The position numbers and the translations under genes were made by a program. A DNA stretch of 64,000 nt from Octopus vulgaris (Eukaryota). Of the stretch, positions 44,254 to 57,768 are shown in pieces. The DNA lies in the NCBI GenBank assembly GCA_951406725.2, contig OX597841.1, positions 496,001 to 560,000 of the forward strand, in the 5' to 3' direction. The stretch's first letter is position 1. Every line of letters begins with the position of its first letter. The notes below the pieces were generated by a model. The model was not told where the DNA came from, did no database searches, and saw only the letters and a program-made list of their open reading frames with translations.

Positions 44254-45287
44254 TATATGTTGCCTGCTTCTGTCATTGGACTACGGCCATGGGTTTAGTA
44301 GAACTAATACTCTTGTATATATTCTATCAATTTCTTTGGACGAACCGCTATGTTACGGGGGACATCAACACAAGGAAACCATTTGTCAAGTGGTAGGAGT
44401 GAAATACACACACACATACACAGACGTAAATACACATACGATGTGCGTGTAATGGGGCTAAAAACGCATGGATTATTTGTGTATTACGAGGTGTATTTTA
44501 GTAGCAGAATTTTGTTATTGTTACCACATTTCGTCATGCAGCTTGGAATGGAACACTATGAGATCCTGTGTTTTCATAACATTACCAAAGGAAATTTCCA
44601 AGCGAAGGGTAATTAAATATATATTATTTGATACATTTATGGATGGTAAGATACTTATTAGGTGAGTGACAAATAAAAATCGTTAATTTGCAGGTTATAC
44701 AGATTCGATTTGCTCAAAGGAAGGATGTAATAAAAATGAGTGGAAATTAGACTAACAACTAAAGAAATATATTTTAAAGTATCTCGATCTCTTTAACTTG
44801 ATCCAATTATTTTTCATTATGCGAGTGCTAACGTGTGGGGCAGGGGGCTGTGTGGTAAGTAGCTTGCTTACCAACCACATGGTTCCGGGTTCAGTCCCAC
44901 TGCGTGGCATCTTGGACAAGTGTCTTCTGCTATAGCCCCGGGCCGACCAATGTCTTGTGAGTGGATTTGGTAGACGGAAACTGAAAGAAGCCTGTCGTAT
45001 ATATGTATATATATATATATATGTGTGTGTGTGTTTGTGTGTCTGTGTTTGTCCCCCTAGCATTGCTGGTGTGTTCGGCAAATGAGACCGATAGAATAAG
45101 TACTGGGCTTACAAAGAAATTAGTCCCGGGTCGAGTTGCTCGACTAAAGGCGGTGCGACAGCATGGCCGCAGTCTACTGACTGAAACAAGTAAAAGAGTA
45201 AAAAAAGAGAGAGAGAGAGAGAGAGAGAGTGCGTATATGTATGCATGTGCATGTGTGTACGTGTCTACATGTTCATTTCTATTGCAG

Positions 45288-45451
45288 GTGAAACTAGTGA
45301 TTAGCAAAAACCAAACCGATGTGGTAACTATGATATTTAATGGACGAAATACAACCATTGAAAGCTGGTTCTCTCGGAAAAACTTGAAAAGTTCACCATG
45401 GAACGACCTGGCTTCAGCCACCGGACTTGAATTCTCAATTAAGGGATTCGA
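45288..45451 (+). CDS. Gene copy B, coding exon 3
   Basis: ttgcag|GTGAAA...TTC GA|GTATGT; 164 nt. Encodes VKLVISKNQTDVVTMIFNGRNTTIESWFSRKNLKSSPWNDLASATGLEFSIKGF. Confidence 0.88.
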
Positions 45452-45764
45452 GTATGTTTATATATTTTCTTTTCTTGTGACGTAGAGATTGTCTTGTTAT
45501 GTAGAGACTTATAGATTTAAAATCACTTTTCGTTTGTCTCTCATATATTTCAACGCTAAACATTTAAACGCGAAACGTTCTGAAGACGAACAACGCATTT
45601 TCAGGCTTTCAAAATTATATCTTCATTTATTATCATATACAGAATTCAAATGCGAGCAAATATAGATTCCTTCGCTAAAATTGAAATCTATCGAGCCTTC
45701 TGGATACTGCAGCACAGGTGATTTGTTGAGAACAATTTTTCTCTATCAGTCGAGATTAAATAAT

Positions 45765-46153
45765 GGATGGAAGCACTCCGTCGGTTACGACGACGAGGGT
45801 TCCGGTTGATCCGAATCAACAGAACAGCCTGCTGGTGAAATTAACGTGTAAGTGGCTGAGCACTCCACAGACGCGTGTACCCATAACGTAGTTCTCGGGG
45901 ATATTCAGCGTGACGCAGAGAGTGACAAGGCCGGCCCTTTGAAATATAGGTACAACAGAAACAGGAAGTAAGAGTGTGAGAAAGTTGTGGTGAAAGAGTA
46001 CAGCAGGGATCACCACCATCCCCTGCCGGAGCCTCGTGGAGCTTTTGGTGTTTTCGCTCAATAAACACTCACAACGCCCGGTCTGGGAATCGAAACCGCA
46101 ATCCTATGACCGCGAGTCCGCTGCCCTAACCACTGGGCAATTGCGCCTCCAAT
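45765..46153 (-). mobile_element. tRNA-derived SINE, copy-B-specific (same family as 26716-27099)
   Basis: 13-bp TSD GAGATTAAATAAT (45752-45764 / 46154-46166); A/B boxes; absent from copy A at about 13255. Confidence 0.85.
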
Positions 46154-47542
46154 GAGATTAAATAATACTTGGCATGTGGATGCCAAACGCTATTTACTCT
46201 TTACTCTTTACTCTTTTACTTGTTTCAGTCATTTGACTGCGGCCATGCTGGAGGACCGCTTTTAATCGAGCAACTCGACCCCGGGATTTAATCTTTTGTA
46301 AGCCCAGTACTTATTCTATCGGTCTCTTTTGCCGAACCGCTAAGTAACGGGGACATAAACACACCAGCATCGGTTGTCAAGCAATGCTAGGGGACAAACA
46401 CAGACACACAAACACACACACGCATATATATATATATACATATATACGACAGGCTTCTCTCAGTTTCCGTCTACCAAATCCACTTTCAAGGCTTTGGTCG
46501 GCCCGAGGCTATAGTAGAAAACACTTGCCATAGGTGCCATGTGGTTGGTACACAAGCTACTTACCACACAGCCACACCTGCGCCGATATTTTTTAAAAAG
46601 ACACAGAAATACTGATTAAGCAACCCCACTGCCGCTGCTAGAGACTCTTTATCTCTTACTAATACATTTCTGTATTTTCAACACCACACGTCTAAATGAT
46701 ATGCTTTCTCTTCACCAATTGTGTCGTTTCCTGGCTTTCGCGTCAAAAGGCATGTTTTAAAGTGCGAAACACGAAAATATACATTCACCTTAAAATGAAT
46801 ACTATTATTAAATTTATTTGTCTCTGTTCCTCTTAAGTATTATTACATTCTATTATATTTATTTCACTTGGCGCTTTGCTAAGATGTTCAACACGGGAAA
46901 ATATTATCGTTTATATGTTCGAGCGTTTTGTAGATTTTTTGCTAAATTGTATGCCTCGTGTGTACTTTTGCCTTTCCTTACATTTTCACATTTGCACAAA
47001 TCTGCGCGCGCGTGTGTGTGTATGTGTGTGTGTGCATATGTGTATGCCTGTGAGTGTGCGTTTGCGTATGTCTGTATTTCTGTATATATGTCGTTTATAT
47101 GTATGTGAGTGCTTACGAACGCATCTTTGGTGTAAGATAGATCTCACTTGAAATGGAATCTATAGACGGGCCTGTGGGCTGCCACTGCACATTCTTACAT
47201 ATATGTAGCATACATAACGTATATACACTCTCGACAGGCCAGTTACTGCAATATTTGTGTCCTGAAATAACATCTTTTGCTCTCACTGGCCGCTGCTGGA
47301 AGGAATTTCGGTGTCTATCCGATAGACAGCAAATCCATAATACATGCTATTTCAGGAAAAATACTTCAGTAATTAGTCTATCGAGAGTGTGTATATACAT
47401 TAAGTATGATACACAGATGTCTATTTTAATTAAATTCTGATTGATCTAACTGCATATAGCAGACATAATGGTATGTTTACTAGAAATTTAGATTTTCATA
47501 TTCTGAAACCCAAACAAGTTTTTTCTTTTTCTAACTCCTTAG

Positions 47543-47703
47543 TCTTAGACGTCGCTTCTATATAACAATAAATATTGTTTGTGAAGGGGACAGAGGCTGG
47601 TTGGCCATCATTGAGGCGCCAGGTAGCTGTCAGTGGGAAAACTCAGATCACTACCCTTCAATTCGTTATTCTGATACAAAATCGAAAGTCATATGGAACA
47701 ACG
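47543..47703 (+). CDS. Gene copy B, coding exon 4
   Basis: ccttag|T CTT AGA CGT...AAC G|GTAAGT; 161 nt. Encodes (D)LRRRFYITINIVCEGDRGWLAIIEAPGSCQWENSDHYPSIRYSDTKSKVIWNN. Confidence 0.87.
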
Positions 47704-47969
47704 GTAAGTGATATTGTATCTTCTGTGTTTGTGTGCGTTTGTCTTACTGTGAGTAGTAGTACTAAAAGTTAATTTTGTACTTATTGTTTAGCGGCCAATC
47801 TGTCTTGATTCAACTGATTTATATTCAAAGGCGTTCCAACAGTGACCGACTCACAAAACGATGCAGAGATTCGGCTGCCATTTCTAGTAATTCGAGTGAT
47901 CACGTATAAAGTACTCCCACGATATATTTCAATACCTTTGGTTGTTAATGTTGTTGTTGTTACTTGCAG

Positions 47970-48025
47970 GTTATGGATTAGCAGACTCCATGGCCATATT
48001 CATCCGCCTGAGGCAGCAGAACTAA
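47970..48025 (+). CDS. Gene copy B, terminal coding exon 5
   Basis: ttgcag|GT TAT GGA...AGG CAG CAG AAC TAA; encodes (G)YGLADSMAIFIRLRQQN*. AATAAA at about 48125-48130. Confidence 0.85.
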
Positions 48026-48275
48026 CCCAGCACATGATACCCATTGATACTATTGATGCTGTTAACGTTCATCTAATCCAGCTGACCACCACTGGTGAGC
48101 CGCATAAGTCAAGTAATACCTATTAATAAAGAATCCATACAAATATTCTATCCAGCATCGGTCTTTTTTAGTTGTGATTTTCATTATCTTTTTCTACAGA
48201 CAGAGAGAGAAAGAAAGTGAGAAAGAGCGACAGAGAGATACAGAGTTGTTGTTATTCCAGCTTACGAGTGGCCAG

Positions 48276-48330
<55 letters not shown>

Positions 48331-48331
<1 letters not shown>

Positions 48332-49233
48332 AGTTGTGTGTATGTGTGCGTGTGTGTAGATATTTGAGGACTTGTCTCTGTATTGTGCGAAAACTGCCAG
48401 GAAATGAAGATTATCTGAACTATCTATAATACAATGGAGAAAACTTCTTATTAATTAGGCATGTAACGATTATTAAAGTACTAAAAAAACGCAATTATTA
48501 AAGGGCTAACTGCCTGGAAATATTTTTAAAGAAATTTCCTATAACTTCCATTTCTCAAGTTTCTTGAAGTATATTTCAACTCTCATTTCTCGCAAATTTA
48601 AATATTCATTGCATTCACTGCGTCCAGTTAATCACAAATTAAAATATTCTTTGCATTCCCTGCGTCCAATTAATCACAAATTTAAGTATTCTTTGCATTG
48701 ACTGAAGAGTATTCCATTCTCATTTGCAATGCCTTTCACTTACTATTTTAAATTTTCATTTGCTATTTGGAAAACCGACAGTTTATTCTATTAATATAAT
48801 GCGTAATTTATTATTTATTGAATGGAAATTTTTAAAATACCCGTATAATTTTTGAATGTGGGATAGCTCTGAGAAGAAACTCGAAATTTGGCTTATTACT
48901 ATTAGAAGACAAGAAGAAAACACTTACCGACAAGTACTCGAAACCTGCAGCTTATTCACGGTTTCCCAATACTCCGTTCCACTAAACCAATATTTACACA
49001 AGTTGGCGGCGAGCTGGCAGAACCGTTAACAGGGCGGGCGAAATGCGTAGCCATATTTCGTCTGCCGCTACGTTCTGAGTTCAAATTCCGCCGAGGTATA
49101 TTTTGCCTTTCATCCTTTCGGGGTGGATTAAATAAGTACCAGTTACGCACTGGGGTCGATATAATGGACTCAGTCCGTTTGTCTGTCCTTGTTTGTCTCC
49201 TCTATGTTTAGCCCCTTGTGGGTAGTAAAGAAA
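48331..49233 (+). repeat. About 900-bp direct duplicate of 54888-55788 (3' flank of the gene unit)
   Basis: Collinear high identity; both match the reverse complement of the 3' flank of A (about 8105-8875 plus the adjacent SINE). Confidence 0.85.
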
Positions 49234-49324
49234 CAAATATTTACACAAGTTGCACGAGCGACTTCAACAGTGACACCTTCGCGCGCACACATAGATACAC
49301 ATACACACAATTGAAAGGCAATGA

Positions 49325-49377
<53 letters not shown>

Positions 49378-49547
49378 CTGTTCACTGACAAGACTTCGTG
49401 CTGCATCGACACAAATGAAATTTCAATGTTGAAGTGAAACTGCTACTTCTTAAATAGAGAGGCCCCTTAACGGGTAGAACTTAAATACTCGTCTGCCGTT
49501 ACGTTCTGAGTTCAAATTCCGTTGAGGTCGACTTTGCCTTTCATCCT

Positions 49548-51358
49548 ATGATATCATATTTTCTCTCAGAATTCCTACGACCATTAATAGAGCTATCTGC
49601 GGATGTATGTGACAGTACTGAGGACCTCCTTAGCAGGATCCGCGAATGCAACAACACGTGTGACCTCAAGAACCACATCGTGGGTAGCATGGATGTGGTA
49701 TCACTATACCCCTCCATCGATGTAGACTTTGCTGTCGATAAATGTATAGAAATAGTTAGTGAGAGTGGTATGATATTTAAGAATGTGGATGTATATGAAC
49801 TAGGGCTCTTCCTGGCCCTGACGTGTACCAATGCATACCTGTCGCGCAATAACCTTCTATATGTTTGTCCCACCCGTAACAAACGCGGTAGACCACCTAC
49901 CATTACCTCAGCATACAGGTAGACGCACTGTGAGCGCTGGCAGGGATGGACAAAGCCGGACTACCCACCTTTAAGTGCACACGACATTAGAACCACCATC
50001 GCACATGCTATCGGTGTCAGCCTGAGAATTACGCTAAAAACACATATTTTTAAGTTTGACAACAAACTGTATAGGCAGACGAAAGGCGGTGCTATTGGAG
50101 TGGGGATCGCCGGTGACGTTGCAAACCTCTTCATGGTATGGTGGGGCAAACATTTTAAACAGTGCCTAGCAAACCACTTGGCTATGTACTCTCGTTACGT
50201 CGACGACATTAACCTTGTTGTGAAATATAATACAGACACAGTTATGGGCCCTCTACCAAGTGAAGAACAGGTGATGACATCTATACAACACATAGCTGAC
50301 TCTATCCACAGCAGTATAAAATTTACCATAGACTACCCCTCTAAACACCCCAGTAAACGATTACCCGTCCTAGATACTGAGCTATGGATGGAAGATGCTA
50401 TGGTTAATGGAACCATTAAACCCTGTATACTCCACTCACACTATCAGAAACCGATGGCTAATCCACTAGTAATCCGTAGTGACTCAGCTATGTCGGATAC
50501 TGCCAAACTCAACATCCTAGTGGCAGACTTAATTAGAGTAATGAGGAATGTATCACCACTATGCCAACCACAAGAACGACAACAACACATCCAGCACTAC
50601 ATATTCCAAATGCAACGCTCCGGATACACACAAGACGATAGAGTCAGAGTGTACAAAAGAGCGAAAGCTAGATTCGAACGCATTCTAAGGAACGACGAAA
50701 ATGATATATGCCCCCTATACCGCAACAAGTTCTGGAATAGGTTAGAGAGGGACACCAACAAAAGGAGGAGAAACGTTACTTGGTACGATAACAGGAGATT
50801 TCACGGAGTAATGTTCATTGACGCCACACCTAAGAACGAGCTAAGTAAGGCATTCAAGAAAATCCTGCGCACTACTGGCCTAAAAATTAAAGTTGTAGAA
50901 AAGACAGGTAGGACTATCAAATCGGCATTATGCAGATCATATCCATTTGATAGAATCACCTGTCAAAGTAATTGTGCAGTATGTTCGACAAATCCACATG
51001 TAAACTACAAAAACAAAGGGCACTGTATACCAGATTAAGTGCCAGGAGGGAGAGCTTGCGCGACTAACCCAGAGTCATACATAGGTGAGACTTCTAGAAG
51101 CATCAATGATAGGTTCAAAGAACACCTGGACAACTACATTGAAAGGAAGCCAAACTCCATCTTCTACCAACATGCTGTAGACTGCCACAAAGGATCCTTA
51201 GGGAAACTTAAGTTGAACATCCTATCAACACATCCCACCGATGCAATGTTGAGACAGGTCACAGAAGCTGTTTGTATACAAGAATACAAACCTACTCTCA
51301 ACCGAAAATCCGAATGGAGTAACATCTAGATCCCATTCAGAAGGACTATTCTATAACC

Positions 51359-51360
<2 letters not shown>
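49548..51360 (+). mobile_element. Penelope-like element (Nematis-like RT, tentative), 5'-truncated, with stops and frameshifts
   Basis: RT motifs GSMDVVSLYPSI, RQTKGGAIG, YSRYVDD, LPVLD, YQKP. GIY-YIG YIGETSRS..RFKEH (51039-51329). Interrupts a SINE at 49547. Confidence 0.88.
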
Positions 51361-51402
<42 letters not shown>

Positions 51403-51916
51403 TACTTGTAGTCCTTACATACAGGTTGCAATGCGTATGTGCAGTTATATATAACCGTATGAGCGTACGTTGTTTGATACGTACAGTTGCACTTAGGCGT
51501 TGTATCCATTCACAGATAGACGGTGATGAGAGGAACAAACACACACCCACACATATATATATATGTTTGTGCGTCTATACAAACATATATGTGAATATGT
51601 ATACAACCTTCAGCAAAGTAACAGTCATGTACACAACTTGGACGGACACATGCCAGTACACGGACATACGTTCACATACACATACACATGTACACACTCT
51701 CACAGACACGTCTGCCCATTCTCCTAGACACTCACATACATACGTAGCACATGAGTACAAACAAACATACATACCTACGTATGGGCATACACACGTACAT
51801 ACGCACGAACATGTACGCACACACATACATGGGCACATGCATACGTGCGCGTATACATACATACGCACATGCGTACGTATGTACATACACACACACATAC
51901 ATACATACATACATAC

Positions 51917-52840
51917 ATAAGAATAAATGTTTTTATATATAAAGAACGTGAAATACAGGAAGGGACGAACACGGAACACAGACAAATCATTCGAAGCCTT
52001 CAATCTTCAGTCAGACACCGAATCATCATAGCAAATTTCGGCTGTTCAATTCTGATATTTGCTCCAACTCGGCCAGCCCCAAGAAAAAAACTAAGCTGTA
52101 AGCATTAGATTTCTTGGTAGAAGACAAGAATGTAAACGCACGAGACGGATGTAAATACGAGAGACGAAAACGAAATTGAAAACGGTAATGGTTAAACAAA
52201 ATATATATAACGGTGGTTGTCATACGACTTTAGACCAAATGAGACAAAAACAACAACAGCATAGCAGCTGGCGTAGAAATAATTACCTTTTCGGTAGAGG
52301 GGACACATGTTGGTCGAGATACGATCGCCAACAGAATGGTTAAGAAGCAGCAGGTTGCAGGAGAGAGAGAGAAAGAGAGACAGAGAGAGAGGGAATCAAA
52401 GAGGGTGGAAGGCAGGGGACAGAATCAGTGACCAAGAGAAAAGGAGAAAGAAGGGATTGAGGAGGATGGGAGGAAGAGGGGGGAAGAATCAGAGGGCGCC
52501 AAAATAGTTTGGTAAAGAAGCAATGGCGGGTAGGAAAGACAAAGTATATAGAAGTCGTGCAGGGTTTAAAATTGGATAAACAAACGGGGGGGGGGGGTGC
52601 ACGTAACGCCGCAATAATATAAGAATAAATGTTTTTATATATAAAGAACGTGAAATACAGGAAGGGACGAACACGGAACACAGACAAATCATTCGAAGCC
52701 TTCAATCTTCAGTCAGACACCGAATCATCATAGCAAATTTCGGCTGTTCAATTCTGATATTTGCTCCAACTCGGCCAGCCCCAAGAAAAAAAACTAAGCT
52801 GTAAGCATTAGATTTCTTGGTAGAAGACAAGAATGTAAAC
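51917..52840. repeat. About 220-bp direct repeats (51917-52138, 52619-52840), probable Penelope pLTRs
   Basis: Near-identical direct repeats between two tail-to-tail Penelope-like elements. Confidence 0.65.
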
Positions 52841-54552
52841 CGTAAAAATCAGGTGTAGTTACAAAGAAAAAGATAAGTATAGTGTGAGAAATCGCAGATA
52901 TCTACTTAAAAAAATAATGTTATACTATTAAAGACCCGATTATATTTATCTACCTATCTTGTTACGATTATTCTATACAGTTATTCACTTAAAATATTTT
53001 AGGGTCTTCAATTTAGCGTGGACACAAACTTGTCCTACTTCAATATGGTTATTTAACAAGTTTCTATTTTTTTCTATGCCTTAGAATTTCATAGGTCTCC
53101 ATTGAGCAGAGTTGGCAACCAACCCTGCTATTTTTATACGGTATTGCTCTCCTAACTATTTCCCAATTAAGATTATAATTCTTGTTATTATTTTTGAGTT
53201 CCCAGATTTTACTTGAAAGTGTGGTGGTACCAGCTTTATGACGTAATCCAAAAGATGAGATGTGATTTCTAACCCTTTTATTAAAATTTATTGTGCACCC
53301 AATGTAAAAAAATTTGTTATTCTCAGTAGATATGGTACATTTATAGATTACGTTATTTTCCCCGCAAAGACCGGGTGCCGGGCATCTCGACTTAATTCTA
53401 CACTTACACGCAGGAGGAACAACTTCAGAAGTTGGATTATTCATGGGTAGATGTCTTATGTTCTTATTATTATGATTATCATGAGTATAATTATCCTTAT
53501 TATTATTATTATTTTTATAGTTGGTGCTGTTATCTAAAGCATTGTTATTATTTATTGATCCTATTGCTCCATCTTTTAGGTCTAAAGTCCTACCATGATT
53601 ATTTACATTATTAGTAATGTTACTATTTTTGTTAGTATTATTATCAAACTGTATATTGCTGCTATAGATATCACTGATATTTTCCTTCTCCGCGTTTTCT
53701 CTATTAGCCTTACTTCTATTATTAACATTTTTACTTCTATTAGTATCGGTATTATTACTACTCTTATTACTGCTAATATTATTATTAGTCGTTTTGTGGT
53801 TACTGATTCCATCCGTGTTTTGATAGTTACTATTGTTGCGCTTATTGTTGTTAGTATTGTTATAATTGTTATTGGTATTCATGTTGTTATTATTATTTTT
53901 ATTTTCATCTTTCCTGGCTAGTTTAATGTTGTTATTATTAATCTTAGCTATTAAAGTGGACATATTTAAGAGGGTTGAATAAGAAATTCTAACTGTTTTC
54001 TTAGAAATAATTCTATGATATCTATGAGAGATTGGGAAATTTTTTTCTAGAAATACTTTGAATTTGCTCTGTATATCCGATTGAATCGCACAGTTGAAAG
54101 GAATATTCAGCCATATTATATCTTTTTTATTTTTATTCCTATTAAATTTCCTTGAATTAGAATCAGGGTTCGTAGAATTATTATTATTATTCATCTTATC
54201 AAAGTCATTGTACTTACTACTATAATTTGTGTGCAATTTTGATTTATCTAATTCCATTTTATCCAAATTACCTATGCTTTGGTTTTTACTTCTATTTGAA
54301 TTATTGGGCTTGTACGCTAGATTTGCGGTTACCATGAATCTATTTCTACTTCTATTTCGGGCCTGGTCTATATTGCTGCTTATGTGATTAATGATAACTT
54401 CTTTATTAGGAATATGTAAGTTCCCCTTATCTATGAATGTAATTTTTTGGTTGTATCCTGCCTTAGTTAACGCTGTATTATAATGCTCAGAATGGGAGTT
54501 AAATATATCCTTATTTGAAGATAATTTTGAAATTCTTAATGAAATCTTTAAC
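52840..54552 (-). mobile_element. Penelope-like element fragment (Naiad-like): RT thumb + Asn-rich linkers + GIY-YIG
   Basis: RISKLSS..YNTALTKAGY, IIWLNIPF, RISYST, CKCRIKSRCP..C..NVIYKC..YIGCT..FNKRVRNH, CQLCSME; frameshift near the C-terminus. Confidence 0.85.
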
Positions 54553-54821
54553 CAGAAATATTTCATTAAGAAATATTTTAGCTGATGAGTACGGGAAACT
54601 TTTATCTGCTGCAATTTTTGCAACTTGTAATAAAGCCTGTCTTTGTATGAAACAATTGCACTAAAAACCAATCCATTCTTGTTGCTTCTTTCTCGTTTAT
54701 AATCACCCCACATTACTGTATGGATAACAGCATATAGTTTTTCTGGTGCATCTGTTAAGTACCACATTCAAGTAAATTCATTGGAAGTTACTTGAATCTT
54801 AATTGCATTGTTAATATATAA

Positions 54822-54879
<58 letters not shown>

Positions 54880-56442
54880 GCATATAAAAGTTGTGTGTAT
54901 GTGTGCGTGTGTAGATATTTGAGGACTTGTCTCTGTATTGTGCGAAAACAGCCAGCAAATGAAGATTATCTGAACTATCTATACTACAATGGAGAAAACC
55001 TCTTATTAATTAGGCATGTGACGATAATTAAAGTACTAAAAAAACGCAATTATTAAAGGGCTAACTGTCTGGAAATATTTTTAAAGAAATTTCCCATAAC
55101 TTCCATTTCTCAAGTTTCTTGGAGTATTTTTCAACTCTCATTTCTCGCAAATTTAAATATTCATTGCATTCACTGTGTCCAGTTAATCACAAATTAAAAT
55201 ATTCTTTGCATTCCCTGCGTCCAATTAATCACAAATTTAAGTATTCTTTGCATTGACTGAAGAGTATTCTATTCTCATTTGCAATGCCTCTCACTTACTA
55301 TTTTAAATTTTTATTTGCTATTTGGAAAACCGACAGTTTATTCTATTAATATAATGCGTAATTTATTATTTATTGAATGGAAATTTTTAAAATACCCGTA
55401 TAATTTTTGAATGTGGGATAGCTCTGAGAAGACCTTCGAAATTTGGCTTATTACTATTAGAAGACGAGAAGAAAACATTTTCCGACAAATACTCGAAACC
55501 TGCACCTTATTCACGGTTTCCCAATACTCTGTTCCACTAAACCAATATTTACACAAGTTGGCGGATAGCTGGCAGAACCGTTAACAGGGCGGGCGAAATG
55601 CGTAGCCATATTTCGTCTGCCGCTACGTTCTGAGTTCAAATTCCGCCGAGGTATATTTTGGTTTTCATCCTTTCGGGGTCGATTAAATAAGTACCAGTTA
55701 CGCACTGGGGTCGATATAATGGACTCAGTCCGATTGTCTGTCCTTGTTTGTCTCCTCTATGATTAGCCCCTTGTGGGTAGTAAAGAAATGAGGTATTTCG
55801 TCTGCCGCTACGTTCTGAGTTCAAATTCCGCCGAGGTCGACTTTGCCTTTCATCCTTTCGGTGTCGATTAAATAAGTACCAGTTATGCACTGGTTCGATA
55901 TAATCGACTTAATCCGTTTGTCTGTCCTTGTTTGTCCCCTCTGTGTTTAGCCCCTTGTGGGTAGTAAAGAAATAGGTACTACTTAAATACAGGTGTTACG
56001 TACAAAACATTTTAAATGTACGCTGTGTGGACGGGTAATGACTCCCTTACTCTCACTAACTCCAAAAACTGGCGCTAACCTTAACCCTATAAACGAACCC
56101 TAACCCCACCCCTTCATTCCGTAACGTAGATACATCGGGACCTCTTTGAGGGAAGAAATTAATTAATGTGGTGGCATGATAGTGGTGGTAGCCTGTTGGT
56201 AGTGGTGGTAGTGGTGTTAGTAGTGTTATTGGTGATGCGATGTTGTAGGATGGTAGATGTAGTGCTGGTGATAGTGGTGGTGGTAGTTCTGTCAATGTTA
56301 CACTTATTGTTGTGGTTGTTGTTATGGTAGTGGTTGTGGTGGTGAAAGATATTAATGATGATATCGAAGTTGAGTTTATAGTTGTGCCATATTTTAGCAG
56401 TATAGGTGGTATCCTGTTGGTAGTGATGGTAGATTAATAGTA

Positions 56443-56488
<46 letters not shown>

Positions 56489-56989
56489 CAGCAGCAGCAG
56501 TAGTAGTTATTGGTAGGGCTGCTGTTGAAAGACGAGGAGAAATAAATCATACGAAGAATTATAGTCAACAAAACATATGCAGGTTTATTTACATATACAT
56601 ATATACACGGTAACATACATACACACACACACGCCCGTACGGGCAAGCACGCGCAATCACACACACATGCACACAAAAGCATACACACTAACATACACAC
56701 ACATATACACAAACAAACACATATTCTTTTATTCTTTTATTCTTTTACTAGTTTCAGTCATTCGACTGCGGCCATGCTGGAGCACCGCCTTTTAGTTGAG
56801 CAAATCGACCCCGGGACTTATTCTTTGTAAGCCCAGTACTTATTCTATCGGTCTCTTTCGTCGACCCGCTAAGTGACGGGGACGTAAACACACCAGCATC
56901 GGTTGTCAAGCAATGCTAGGGGGACAAACACAGACACACAAACACACACATACATAATACATACATACATATATATATATATATATCTT

Positions 56990-57312
56990 AAAGACTCCGC
57001 CGGTTACGACGACGAGGGTTCCAGCTGATACGATCAACGGAACAGCTTGCTCGTGAAATTAACGTGCAAATGGCTGAGCATTCCACAGACACGTGTACCC
57101 TTAACGTAGTTCTCGGGGATAATCAACGTGACACAGAGGGTGACAAGGCTGACCCTTTGAAATACAAGTACAACTCATTTTTGCCAGCTGAGTGGACTGG
57201 AGCAACGTGAAATAAAGTGTCTTGCTCAAGGACACAACGCGTCGCCGGGAATCGAACTCACAACCTTACGATCATGAGCCGAATGCCCTAACCACTAAGC
57301 CACGCGCCCTCA
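56990..57312 (-). mobile_element. tRNA-derived SINE (core shared with 32598, tail shared with 26716/45765)
   Basis: TGGCTTAGTGGTTAGGGC / GAGTTCGATTCCC boxes; tail CCCTCGTCGTCGTAACC. Confidence 0.75.
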
Positions 57313-57328
57313 TATATATATATATATA

Positions 57329-57699
57329 TTAATTTATTATATAGAAGGAGCTTCTACAGGACTGGAACTGTTTCATTCAAGAGAAATCATCAGGAAGCTA
57401 GTTAACAAGAATAGTTTTGGCATTTATACATTTAGGCAGGTTTAAAGGGGTGGTGGTGGGGGACTTTTTGGGGGTAGGCATAGCGCAAAAATATCATACT
57501 TAGGGGAGTGGTCAAGGAGTCAGTGGTAAATTAGATAAAAGAATAAATAAAAGAATAAAAAAATAAATAGAAGAATAGAGTTTTAGGTAAATAAGGAGAT
57601 TCTCACTTATACATATACACATATGTATATATATACACACACACACACACATATACATACACACACATACATATACATACATATACATATACATACACA

Positions 57700-57768
<69 letters not shown>

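Noticed and set aside
51975-52060. Hammerhead in the 220-bp direct repeats (CTGAAGA on minus)
   Set aside because: Could not build a convincing GAAA/stem III/stem I arrangement.
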